Part shown: positions 37,201 to 49,300 of the stretch, piece after piece | How the letters are laid out: each line of letters opens with the position of its first letter | How positions within the stretch are numbered: position 1 is the stretch's first letter | Assembly: GCA_002269645.1 (NCBI GenBank) | Contig: NIVC01001829.1 | Coordinates: 169,104-233,103, forward strand | Origin: Macrostomum lignano | Lineage: Eukaryota | Length of the DNA stretch: 64,000 nucleotides | Direction: 5' to 3' | Program-made: the position numbers and the translations under genes | The notes under the pieces: model-generated | Told to the model about the DNA's origin: nothing | Database searches by the model: none | Seen by the model: only the letters and a program-made list of their open reading frames with translations

Positions 37201-40200
37201 GCAAGGGATCATTTAAGGACACGGGAAGGGTAGGGTAGCAAGGGGTCATTTAAGGACACGGGAAGGGTAGGGTAGCAAGGGGTCATTTAAGGACACGGGA
37301 AGGGTAGGGTAGCAAGGGGTCATTTAAGGACACGGGAAGAGTAGGGTAGCAAGGGGTCATTTAAGGACACGGGAAGGGTAGGGTAGCAAGGGGTCATTTA
37401 AGGACACGGGAAGGGTAGGGTAGCAAGGGGTCATTTAAGGACACGGGAAGGGTAGGGTAGCAAGGGGTCATTTAAGGACACGGGAAGGGTAGGGTAGCAA
37501 GGTGTCATTTAAGGACACTGGTAGGGCAAGGGTAGCAAGGGGTCATTTAAGGACACTGGGATGGGCGTGGGAGCCAGGGGTCATTTAAGGACACTGGAAT
37601 AAGGTAGCCAGGGGTTCATCTAAGGACACTAGAGTATGGTAGGTATGTGCTTTATTTTGATTTAAAATTCGAAATCAGTTAGTGCGTGAATTATTTAACA
37701 CGTGTTTAAACATAATCAACCATTTTTGTGTCCAGGGTGTCCCGTCCACTCTATGACATTCCCTACATGTTCGAGGCTCGTGAATTTCTACGCAAGCGTT
37801 TAATTGGCAAACGCATCACCGCACGTGTGGACTATGTTCAACCGAAATCGCCGGAATTTCCCGAGAAAGTTGGCGCCACAGTTCTTGTTGGCGAGGTGAA
37901 CGTGGCGGAGGCTCTGGTGCAGAAGGGCCTCGGCTATGTGATCCGCTATCGCGCTGATGATGACAATCGGTCCTCTGCTTATGACGCTCTGCTGGCTGCC
38001 GAAGCTGTCGCTCAGAAAAAGGTTAGCCAGGCTGTTAATATTGTGGAGTTGTGGGGGTTACTTATACTCGTATATTGTCTAAGTAGATCCCGTGAATTTG
38101 TAGTTCAAGGTCGTACAGATTTGCGTAACATCCTGACCCCTTGGCTCATACATGTGCAACCTCCAAAATTCGGTCAGCCGTGCGACTTAGTTTTAACAAA
38201 AATGCGACGTAGTTTTTGGCCAAAAATGCGACTTACATATAAAAAAACCCGAAAGCAAAATTAACGCAACTTTGGGTAAACGGCAGGAGTAACTATGACT
38301 GTTTTATTAAGCTAAAATGCCTCGTCAGCTACTTAGTACTACTCTTCAGGTTATTTTTTGGGTGGGAATTTTTGCGACTTCCTTGATTGGCCGCCAAATC
38401 GGTCGGCCGGATCGGCCGACTCGGCCGACTGTTGCGCATGTATGCCTTGGCTTAATTTAATCTTGAGATAATCCCAACCCATAACTGTTAATCCCGACCC
38501 CATGGCTGTTAATCCCAACCCATGACTGTTAATCTCCCGATCCATGGCTGTTAATCCCGACCCCACGGCCGTTAATCCCACATCGCAGGCGGCCGGTGTG
38601 CACAGCAAGAAGGAGCCGCCGGCGCACAAGATCTCCGATCTGGCTGGCGACCCCAAGCGAGCCAAGCAGTTCCTGCCGTCGCTGCAGCGTAGCGGCAGAC
38701 AGGAAGCTCTCGTAGAATTCGTTGCCTCGGCTAATCGGTTCCGAGTCTACGTGCCTCGCAGCACCTGCCTGGTGACCCTGCTGCTGACCGGAGTGGAGTG
38801 CCCCAGGACTCCCAGACGACTGCCCAATGGGTCGGAGGAGCCCGGCGAACCATTCGGCGAGGAGGCCAGCCGATTCGTCAAGGAGCTCTGCCTTCAGCGC
38901 GAAGTCGAAGTCCTAGTTGAAGCCTGCGACCGCGGCGGCAACTTTATTGGTCATCTGTTTGTCGATGGCGAGAATCTGGCTGTTAGCCTGGTTGAGAAAG
39001 GCTACGGTAAAGTGCACTTCACGGCTGAGAAGTCCGACTATTATCCTGCATTGAGCAAAGCTGAGGAAAAGGCCAAAGCTGACAAGCTCAATGTCTGGAG
39101 TGTGGCCTCGACTACAGACAATGGCCGAGCCGAGTCTGCCGCTTCCGGGCCCGCATCCGGTCAAAGGAAGGACGCCGCTGGTGGTGGCGAAGATAGCGGA
39201 CCGCTGGAGTGCACCGTCACTGAGGTGAGCCTGCGGCCTGAGCAGCCTCCTTCGTCAGCATTCAATTAACTGCCGTTTTACCGTACCATGTTGCTGCTGT
39301 AGTCTAGGATTCTGCTGTTCTCCCTCTCTTCCCCCCCTCTGTCTCCCTCTGTCTCCCTCCCTGTCTCCCTCTGTGTCTCCTTCTGTCTCCCTCTGTCTCC
39401 CTGTGTCTCCCTCTTCCCTCTGTCTCCCTCTGTGTCTCCTTCTGTCTCCCTCTGTCTCCCTTCTGTGTCTCCCTCTGTCTCCCTCTGTCTCCCTCTCTGT
39501 TTCCCTGTGTCTCCCTCTGTTTCCCTCTGTTTCCCTCTGTTTCCCTCCCTGTCTACCTCCCGTCTCCTTCGTCTCCTCCTTAGTCTTGTCCTCAGTCTTA
39601 CCCCAATCGTTGTCTCTCCTAATCCTCAACCGCTGTCAGTCTATTTGAGTTTCTCCCATACAAATTAAATAATATCGCATGCGCACCCACCACTGCCCCT
39701 GTCGCCCAGATCCGGCCAGACCTGTCCTTCTGCGTCCAGCTGGCCGACGATGCTGAACGGCGCACCCGCCTCGCTGCCGCTCTTCGCGAAGAACTCGAAG
39801 AGCGGCGCCCGCCCGTGCCGGGTGCCTACGCGCCTCGCAAAGGCGACCTGTGCGCTGTTCGCTTCAACAGTGCATGGCAGCGTGCCAGGGTGCTGAAATC
39901 CGATTCCACAGGTAAAACTGTGAGCCTGATCGATCTGGGCTTGGAGAAGATCATTAACAATGTAGCCGATATTGCTCAGCTGCCGGACTCATTGCGTGCT
40001 CAAGCTCCGCTAGCTCGAGTCTGCCGACTGGCTTTCAGTCAGCCTCCGCCAGATGAAGAAGACATCCAACTGTCTGTTGAGCTCATGCTGGACACTGTGG
40101 CTAATAAACCCGCCACTGTTCGCCGAGTTTATGAGTCAGACGGGGTAGCCTACGTGCAGCTGGTTGAGAAGGCTAGCGGAGTTGATGTAGCTGAGCTGCT

Positions 40201-40363
40201 GCTGGAGAAAGGCCTGCTATTCATTGATCGCCGACCACCGATGGGCTCCAAATCCGGCAAAGGCGGCGAGCTGTACTCAAAGTATGCGGCCAAACAGGCG
40301 GTTGCTTTCAAAGCTAGATTGAACATCTGGCGATATGGCGACTTCCGAGATGATGACGATTGA
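31251..40363 (+). CDS. SND1: Tudor staphylococcal nuclease (Tudor-SN / SND1 / p100), ~956 aa
   Basis: Exons 31251-31298, 33807-34066, 34836-35598, 36704-36927, 37736-38021, 38589-39224 and 39710-40363, all GT-AG with matching phase. Motifs include [100 protein letters not shown] and the terminal [14 protein letters not shown]. Confidence 0.96.
33678..33745 (-). mobile_element. tRNA-like SINE head fragment (probably the same family as 20250)
   Basis: The minus strand reads TGTAGCCTAGTGGTCAGAGCATC...GGTCGGGGGTTCAATTC and shares TGTAGCCTAGTGGTCAGAGC with the SINE at 20250. Confidence 0.6.
34150..34760. repeat. ~21-bp minisatellite (CCTATCTCTCTGAAGTTTCCT), SND1 intron 2
   Basis: Visible tandem array. 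Confidence 0.92.
35745..36640. repeat. ~20-bp minisatellite (CATGACCCAATCCTGATCCC), SND1 intron 3
   Basis: Visible tandem array. Confidence 0.92.
37190..37625. repeat. 37-bp G-tract minisatellite, SND1 intron 4
   Basis: ATTTAAGG recurs at 37211 and 37248. Each unit carries four G3+ tracts. Confidence 0.92.
39320..39560. repeat. CT-rich ~10-bp repeat (TCTCCCTCTG), SND1 intron 6
   Basis: Visible low-complexity array. Confidence 0.85.
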
Positions 40364-40604
40364 ATGCCAGTAAGACTGATTGACAGGTTCCCATTAGTGT
40401 GATTGTTATTGGTGTTAGCTTATCTTGGAGATTCGTTAATCAAAATTTATTCATTTATTAAAAGTAATTCAACTTTACGGACTTTCTTTCTAAGAAAGAT
40501 TGGACAGTGGACACCCGAAACCCTGGTTGGTTCAAAATAAACGCGAATATCATATTTTAAAATGAAACATCACCCGAGAAAATCGGTTGAGAATTGCCTT
40601 AGAC

Positions 40605-41299
40605 CAGGGGTAGGCAAACTTCGGCCCGAGAAGAAGCCTCTCTATCCGGCACTCAGGTCCTTTGAAACTTCACAATAGCAATCCGGCTGGGTCAAGGTTT
40701 CTGTCTTTTCTCTCTTCTCTCTCCCCTCTCCTCTCTCCCCTCTCCTCTCTCCCCTCTCCTCTCTCCCCTCTCCTCTCTCCCCTCTCCTCTCTCCCCTCTC
40801 CTCTCTCCCCTCTCCTCTCTCCCCTCTCCTCTCTCCCCTCTCCTCTCTCCCCTCTCCTCTCTCCCCTCTCCTCTCTCCCCTCTCCTCTCTCCTCTCTCCC
40901 CTCTCCTCTCTCCCCTCTCCTCTCTCCCCTCTCCTCTCTCCCCTCTCCTCTCTCCCCTCTCCTCTCTCCCCTCTCCTCTCTCCCCTCTCCTCTCTCCCCT
41001 CTCCTCTCTCCCCTCTCCTCTCTCCCTTCTCCTCTCTCCCCTCTCCTCTCTCTTCTCTCCTCTCTCCTCTCTCTTCTCTTCCCTCTCCTCTCTCTCCTCT
41101 CCTCTCTCCCCTTTCCTCTCTCCCCTCTCCTCTCCCCCCTCTCCTCTCTCCCCTCTCCCCGATCTTCTCTCGTCTCTCTTATCTTATCTATTCACTCATC
41201 CTATTCCTCACCTCGTCTCTTCTCTCGTCTCTCATCTTCTATTCCTTCTCCTCTCCAGTCTCATCTAACCCGCGATGTAAAAAGTCTGCCTGCCCCCTG
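40605..41299. mobile_element. Non-autonomous hAT (Charlie-like) DNA transposon/MITE containing a CT-rich array
   Basis: Left end CAGGGGTAGGCAAACTT; the right end reverse-complemented is CAGGGGGCAGGCAGACTT. The 8-bp flanks CCTTAGAC (40597-40604) and CCATAGAC (41300-41307) match at 7 of 8 positions. An 8-bp TSD and CAGGGG termini are typical of hAT elements. Confidence 0.65.
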
Positions 41300-42539
41300 C
41301 CATAGACATAGAAAGAAGATGCTTTATAAAAATTAAAACTCATTTTGGCGTATTAAAACAAAATCTATCCAAAAAATGTGTTTTTTTTCTTCTTTCGAAT
41401 TTTTGACGTTTTGATAATCGGTACTTTTTTATTTGGTACTACTGTTGCTACACAAATACTACTTCCAAGTAGCATACGGTGGAACTATTATCTATGCATC
41501 ATTGCTAATAAATTATTTAATAAATCTTGTCAATCAGTGCACACAGATTAACAGCTTGTTAGTTGTGCCAACAAAAAATTTGATAAAAAGCACAAATCAA
41601 CAAGATAGAGAAGAACTTTAATTTATTTCTTAGAAAATTTGTTTGTTTTTTCTGTTTGTTAAATTAAATTAACGGAGCGCCTCGACTTTGTCATGAAATT
41701 TATTTGATAGCTAAAATTGTGTTTTTTTCGTTTTTTTTCACTCTTCCCATAATTTGGTTTATTTCATATTGTTTTTCTTTGTTGTTTATCTGTCTAATTT
41801 TTTGGTGTCCATACAAAATATTCTTGAGTCAATACAGTCACATTACAATTAGCGCATGGTTTAGGTGGTTGTGTGTGCGTCTTTGTTTAGTAGTCATTGT
41901 TGCCCTCTTGGTGTTTTTCATTGCTTTTTCCACTATTGTCTTCTGTGACCAAATAAATGCCTCTGTCTGTCTGTCTGTCTTGTTGCTTCAATATTAATGC
42001 CTATGGTAAATCTTGATTAACTTCTTTGAATTCTCTTTTTTCGACTAGCCATCACTATTCGAACTTATTGCCAAATGTTGTGCTTTTTGCGTGAACAGGT
42101 TAAGAAATGCTTGACGAAAAAATCAATAAATTAATAAAGCTCCGCTCTTGCAATTCTACTTACTAAATCGATATTGAACATTTAATTTATAATAGAATAT
42201 CACCGATGATTTCAAACGCTTGGCAAAGTGCTAAGGAGCTGGTTAATGAATGATAATTCATTTATTTTGGCAGTTGTGACAATAAATTCTGCAACGGCGT
42301 TGTGATTTTGTCTGTTTTTGCTTTGGAAGACGTGTCTAGACTTCTTTAATTAATATTTTGTTTGTTAATTAGGACTTACTTAACCCCTATAAACCAAAGT
42401 TTTGCTTCAAAATGGCTTTAGGATTTTTTTTACCTGAATTCCCTGCAGGAATCTTTTCCAATGAATGGTTCCTAAATTATACTTTATAAATTTTTCCTAA
42501 ATTTTCCCTAATGAATCTAAATTTCCTTAAGAAACTTGC

Positions 42540-43250
42540 CGAAATTCCCTAAGAATATTTTCTTAACCTCCCCTAGTATCTTTCCTAAATACCCCCAAGA
42601 ATTTTTTCTAAATTCCGTCAAGAATCTTTCCTAAATTCCCCCAAGAATTTTTCCCAAATTCCCTCAAGAATCTTTCCCTAATTCCCCCAAGAATCTTTCC
42701 CAAATTCCCCCAAGAATCTTTCCTAAACTCCCCCAAGAATCTTTCCTAAACTCCCCCAAGAATCTTTCCTAAATTTCCCCAAGAATCTTTCCTAAATTCC
42801 CCCAAGAATCTTTCCTAAACTCCCCCAAGAATCTTTCCTAAATTTCCCCAAGAATCTTTCCTAAACTCCCCCAAGAATCTTTCCTAAATTCCCCCAAGAA
42901 TCTTTCCTAAATTCCCCCAAGAATCTTTCCTAAATTCCCCCAATAATCTTTCCTAAATTTCCCCACGAATATTTCCTAAATACCCCCGAGAATCTTTCCT
43001 AAATTCCCTTGAGAAACTTTCCTAAATACCCCAGAGAATCTTTTCTAAATTCGCTTGAGAAATTTTCCTAAATGCCCCCAATAATCTTTCCTAAATTTCC
43101 CCACGAATATTTCCTAAATACCCCAGAGAATCTTTCCTAAATTCCCTTAAGAAACTTTCCTGAATTCCCCCAATAATTTTTCCTAAATTCCCTTGAGAAA
43201 CTTTCCTAAAGGCCCCCAAGAATCTTTCCAAAATTCCCCTAAAAATATTT
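42540..43250. repeat. 23-bp minisatellite (AAGAATCTTTCCTAAATTCCCCC) just upstream of AMPD
   Basis: TCCTAAA recurs at 42721, 42744 and 42767. Confidence 0.92.
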
Positions 43251-43362
43251 TCTAAATTCCCCTCCTGACAAACGGCTCAGACATATTACTATAGCAAAGT
43301 GTGCCAAAAAATCTCAAAGAGAATTCACATAAAAAATAATTTTTCTGAGCCCACACAAGAGC

Positions 43363-46300
43363 ATGAGTGCAACTGAGTTCAATTTGCCGTCTCCGAAACG
43401 CCGCAGGCTGACTGATGGCGGCGACAATCGCGATGCTGATGATCGGAAACAACAGCAGGCAACCAGTGATTCGAAAAAGTCTTCGGAATCGAGTTCGGAC
43501 CAGCAGCTGTACACCACCACTCTGCCGGTGCCTCCGCCGCCAGCTTCGCTGGAGTCTCTTGGCGCCGCAATTCTGCGCCGTGTGGCGAATGTGTCCGATT
43601 CCGGCGTCGGAGGTGCAGCAGCAGCAGCCGGAGACAGCGGCTCTGCACCTGATAGTCAGAACGACAGCGACGAACTGGCGGACGGCTCTGATCATTTCAA
43701 TGTGCCGAAATTTCCTATTCAACGTATTGAAAGTCAGCAGCACAAGTTGGAGCGCCAGCTCACTTTAGACACGCCTGCTCAAGCTCAACCGGTGCTTGTT
43801 GATGACATTGACAGTCACACCAGGTCGGTGCAGTTTCAACGGGTGATCATCTCTGGCGACTCAGATCTGGCTAGCAGCGCTGGAGTTGACGAGGATGTGA
43901 CTGAGTCCTGCTCGCATCTGGTTTGGGCTATGCACGTTCGGCAGAGGTATATGCGGTTGGCTGGGCAGGCCTTTTGCGCCACTACTGCTAGGTGAGTAGT
44001 AGGGGCAGTAGTAGTAGTAGTAACATTAGTAGTAATATTAGTATGAGGCGGAAGGCCTTATAGTTTCAATAGATGGAATGGCAGCGAAGATGTTGCACTG
44101 CATTGCGCGTATATTTATACAAGTGAAAACAGCGCGAGATTATTGAGGGGCCGAGGCAGGTGCGCACATGTGGCGTGGCGTGATTGGCTACGCCAACCCC
44201 CTTGGCTTAGCGAGCCGGCTAGCTTGGCGCGCACCCACCCCACCTCAGCTAGACAGAGGCGGGGGGGTTTCCAGTGCGGCTGCACTGGTGCTGCCGGTCG
44301 CGTAGTCTGGCCGCCACACAGCTCCCCCCAGCACCGAGCTAGGCCCCGAACGTCGGGTGGTAGCAGAGGCAGCGAGAGCGCCGAGGAGCGGGCGCCGAAG
44401 GCGGCAGGGGCGCGAGCCGGAGGCGGGCGCCGAAGGCGGCAGGGGCGTGAGGCGGAGGCGGGCGCCGCAGGCGGCAGGGGCGCGGAGGCGAGCGCCGATG
44501 AAGCAGGTCGCCGAGCGGGCGCCGATGGCAGCAGGTCGCCAAGCGTGCGCCGAAGGCAGCAGGTCGCCGAGCGGGCGCCGATGGCAGCAGGTCGCCAAGC
44601 GTGCGCCGAAGGCAGCAGGTCGCCGAGCGGGCGCCGATGGCAGCAGGTCGCCGAGCGGGCGCCGGGCGGGCGCCGAAGGCAGCAGCAGGGCGCCAGGCGG
44701 GCGCCGAAGGCAGCAGCAGGGCGCCAGGCGGGCGCCGAAGGCAGCAGCAGGGCGCCAGGCGGGCGCCGAAGGCAGCAGCAGGGCGCCAGGCGGGCGCCGA
44801 AGGCAGCAGCAGGGGTGCGCGGCCGGACCACACCAGAGGCAATCGACAGTCAGTTGCCGCCGTGAGCCGGGTCGATGCTCCTGCACAGAGGCTGGGGACG
44901 TTAGGCTAGCAACAGCGGTGCTAGCCTAGAATGAGCTGCAGCGTGTGGCGCTGGTTGGTCCAACGCGGGGGCCGAAAGGCGAGACCCCAGGAGCTACCGG
45001 GTAGCGGGCTGACTGGGCCGATTCGTGCTGCGGGCCGCGGGGTACTGCTGTGGCTGCTGGGCTGCTGGGCTGCGGTGTTGCAGGCTGCCGCTAGGCTGCT
45101 GGGCTGCTGGGCTGCGGTGCTGCAGGGCTGCTGCTGGGCTGCTGGGCTGCGGTGCTGCTGTGCTGCCATTGCAGTCGGCCAAGGCGGTTGGCTGCCAGGA
45201 CCGCACAGGGCCGACCAGGTAGGCCCAGCGTTCCGCGCTGGGAGTCGGGCTCACCAATGAGGCGGAAGGCCTTATAGTTTCAATAGATGGAATGGCAGCG
45301 AAGATGTTGCACTGCATTGCGCGTATATTTATACAAGTGAAAACAGCGCGAGATTATTGAGGGGCCGAGGCAGGTGCGCACATGTGGCGTGGCGTGATTG
45401 GCTACGCCAACCCCCTTGGCTTAGCGAGCCGGCTAGCTTGGCGCGCACCCACCCCACCTCAGCTAGACAGAGGCGGGGGGGGGGTTCCAGTGCGGCTGCA
45501 CTGGTGCTGCCGGTCGCGTAGTCTGGCCGCCACAAGTAGTAGTATAAGTAGTAGTAGTAGTAGTAGTAATAATAATAGTAGTAGCAGCAGTAGTAGTAGT
45601 AGTAATAGTAGTAACATTAGTAGTAGTAGTAGTAATAGTAGTAGTAATAGTAGTAACATTAGTAGTAGTAGTAGTAGTAGTAATAGTAGTAACATTAGTA
45701 GTAGTAGTAATAGTAGTAGTAGTAGTAGTAATAGTAATAACATTAGTAGTAGTAGTTGTAGTAGCAGTAGTAGTAGTAGTAGTATCATTAATAGTAGTAG
45801 TAGTAGTAGTAGCAGTAGTAGTAATAGTAGTAACAGTAATAGTAGTAGTAGTAGTAGCAATAGTTGTAGTTGTACTAGTATTAGTGATAGTAGTAGTACG
45901 TACTGATATTTAGTAGTTTAGCAGTATTTAGAAGCAGTGCACGGTCAGTCGCCATCAGAGTCCCAGAGTCACCTTAAAGTGAATAAAAATTCATGCATTA
46001 CAAATGACATGATCATCATTCTACTACAAACGCAATCACACTCAGGTACCTATGTCGAAGCACCAGCGGTGTCAACACGGCGGTGGCTACTACTGCTAGT
46101 AGTGCTAGCACTACCTTACAAGTTCCGCAGTCTTCTACTTCGGGAGCAGATGCGCCACCTTCAGATCACCTGTTGCAGCCTCCGCCTCAGCCTCATCACC
46201 ATCACCACCACCATCACCAGCCAGAGTACACTCTGGACAGTCTGCCTAAAGATTCTCTGCCAATCAATTTGTCAATCGAGTCTGGCGTGTTTCGTCTAAC

Positions 46301-49300
46301 CAACTGCCCAGCAACGGAGTCGCAATTTAATTGTTTGAAAATTCCCTACGTAGATAAGGACGCTTTTGTTACAGAGCACAAGATTCTGATTGCTCTGACA
46401 TCGAATGGTCCATTGAAAAGTTATTGCTTTCGTAGGCTGACTTGTCTGCAGTCCAAGTATCAGCTGCACAGCCTGTTGAACGAATTGACTGAGAGTGCCG
46501 AGCAGAAACTGGTGCCTCATAGGGATTTCTATAATATTCGCAAGGTGGACAATCACATTCACGCTTCTTCGGCTATGAACCAGAAACACCTGCTCAAGTT
46601 CATCAAGCGATCGCTTAAGAAACATCCGGATGAGAAGGTTGGAAATTTTGATTTATGATTTTGACTGACGATTTCTAGTTGGATTACTGAAGATTTCTGA
46701 GGTGGATTACTGAAGATTTCTAGTTGGATTACTGAAGATTTCTGAGGTGGATTACTGAAGATTTCTGAGGTGGATTACTGAAGATTTCTAGAGTGGATTA
46801 CTGAAGATTTCTGAGGTGGATTACTGAAGATTTCTGAGGTGGATTACTGAAGATTTCTAGAGTGGATTACTGAAGATTTCTGAGGTGGATTACTGAAGAT
46901 TTCTGAGGTGGATTACTGACGATTTCTGAGGTGGATTACTGAAGATTTCTAGAGTGGATTACTGAAGATTTCTGAGATGGATTACTGACGATTTCTGAGG
47001 TGGATTACTGAAGATTTCTAGAGTGGATTACTGAAGAGTTCTAGAGTGGATTACTGAAGATTTCTGAGGTGGATTACTGAAGATTTCTAGAGTGGATTAC
47101 TGAAGATTTCTGAGATGGATTACTGACGATTTCTGAGATGGATTACTGACGATTTCTAGAGTGGATTACTGACGATTTCTGAGGTGGATTACTGACGATT
47201 TCTGAGATGGATTACTGAAGATTTCTAGAGTGGATTACTGAAGATTTCTAGAGTGGATTACTGAAGATTTCTGAGGTGGATTACTGAAGATTTCTGAGGT
47301 GGATTACTGAAGATTTCTGAGGTGGATTACTGAAGATTTCTGAGGTGGATTACTGAAGATTTCTAGAGTGGATTACTGAAGATTTCTGAGGTGGATTACT
47401 GAAGATTTCTGAGGTGGATTACTGAAGATTTCTAGAGTGGATTACTGAAGATTTCTGAGGTGGATTACTGAAGATTTCTAGAGTGGATTACTGACGATTT
47501 CTGAGGTGGATTACTGACGATTTCTGAGGTGGATTACTGAAGATTTCTAGAGTGGATTACTGAAGATTTCTGAGGTGGATTACTGAAGATTTCTAGAGTG
47601 GATTACTGAAGATTTCTGAGGTGGATTACTGAAGATTTCTGAGATGGATTACTGACGATTTCTGAGATGGATTACTGAAGATTTCTGAGGTGGATTACTG
47701 AAGATTTCTGAGGTGGATTACTGAAGATTTCTGAGGTGGATTACTGAAGATTTCTAGAGTGGATTACTGAAGATTTCTAGAGTGGATTACTGAAGATTTC
47801 TGAGGTGGATTACTGAAGATTTCTGAGGTGGATTACTGAAGATTTCTGAGGTGGATTACTGAAGATTTCTAGAGTGGATTACTGAAGATTTCTGAGGTGG
47901 ATTACTGAAGATTTCTGAGGTGGATTACTGAAGATTTCTAGAGTGGATTACTGAAGATTTCTGAGGTGGATTACTGAAGATTTCTAGAGTGGATTACTGA
48001 AGATTTCTAGAGTGGATTACTGAAGATTTCTAGAGTGGATTACTGAAGATTTCTGAGGTGGATTACTGAAGATTTCTGAGATGGATTACTGACGATTTCT
48101 GAGATGGATTACTGAAGATTTCTAGAGTGGATTACTGAAGATTTCTGAGGTGGATTACTGAAGATTTCTAGAGTGGATTACTGAAGATTTCTGAGGTGGA
48201 TTACTGAAGATTTCTGAGGTGGATTACTGAAGATTTCTAGAGTGAATTACTGAAGATTTCTAGAGTGGATTACTGAAGATTTCTAGAGTGGATTACTGAA
48301 GATTTCTAGAGTGGATTACTGAAGATTTCTGAGGTGGATTACTGAAGATTTCTAGAGTGGATTACTGAAGATTTCTAGAGTGGATTACTGAAGATTTCTA
48401 GAGTGGATTACTGAAGATTTCTAGAGTGGATTACTGAAGATTTCTAGAGTGGATTACTGACGATTTCTGAGGTGGATTACTGAAGATTTCTGAGGTGGAT
48501 TACTGAAGATTTCTGAGGTGGATTACTGAAGATTTCTGAGGTGGATTACTGAAGATTTCTGAGGTGGATTACTGAAGATTTCTGAGAGTGGATTACTGAA
48601 GATTTCTGAGATGGATTACTGAAGATTTCTGAGGTGGATTACTGAAGATTTCTGAGGTGGATTACTGAAGATTTCTGAGAGTGGATTACTGAAGATTTCT
48701 AGAGTGGATTACTGAAGATTTCTAGAGTGGATTACTGAAGATTTCTGAGGTGGATTACTGAAGATTTCTGAGGTGGATTACTGAAGATTTCTGAGGTGGA
48801 TTACTGAAGATTTCTGAGGTGGATTACTGAAGATTTCTAGAGTGGATTACTGAAGATTTCTGAGGTGGATTACTGAAGATTTCTAGAGTGGATTACTGAC
48901 GATTTCTGAGGTGGATTACTGACGATTTCTGAGGTGGATTACTGAAGATTTCTAGAGTGGATTACTGAAGATTTCTGAGGTGGATTACTGAAGATTTCTA
49001 GAGTGGATTACTGAAGATTTCTGAGGTGGATTACTGAAGATTTCTGAGATGGATTACTGACGATTTCTGAGATGGATTACTGAAGATTTCTGAGGTGGAT
49101 TACTGAAGATTTCTGAGGTGGATTACTGAAGATTTCTGAGGTGGATTACTGAAGATTTCTAGAGTGGATTACTGAAGATTTCTAGAGTGGATTACTGAAG
49201 ATTTCTGAGGTGGATTACTGAAGATTTCTTAGGTGGATTACTGAAGATTTCTGAGGTGGATTACTGAAGATTTCTAGAGTGGATTACTGAAGATTTCTGA

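Noticed and set aside
44358-44369. TGGTAGCAGAGG, an initiator-Met-tRNA PBS-like 12-mer on the plus strand
   Set aside because: It lies 39 bp from the LTR rather than adjacent to it. The PBS, PPT and TATA all support the minus orientation.
44115-45317. Multiple GC-rich ORFs inside the LTR element
   Set aside because: They are open in all frames because of GC-rich tandem repeats and show no gag, RT or other motifs.
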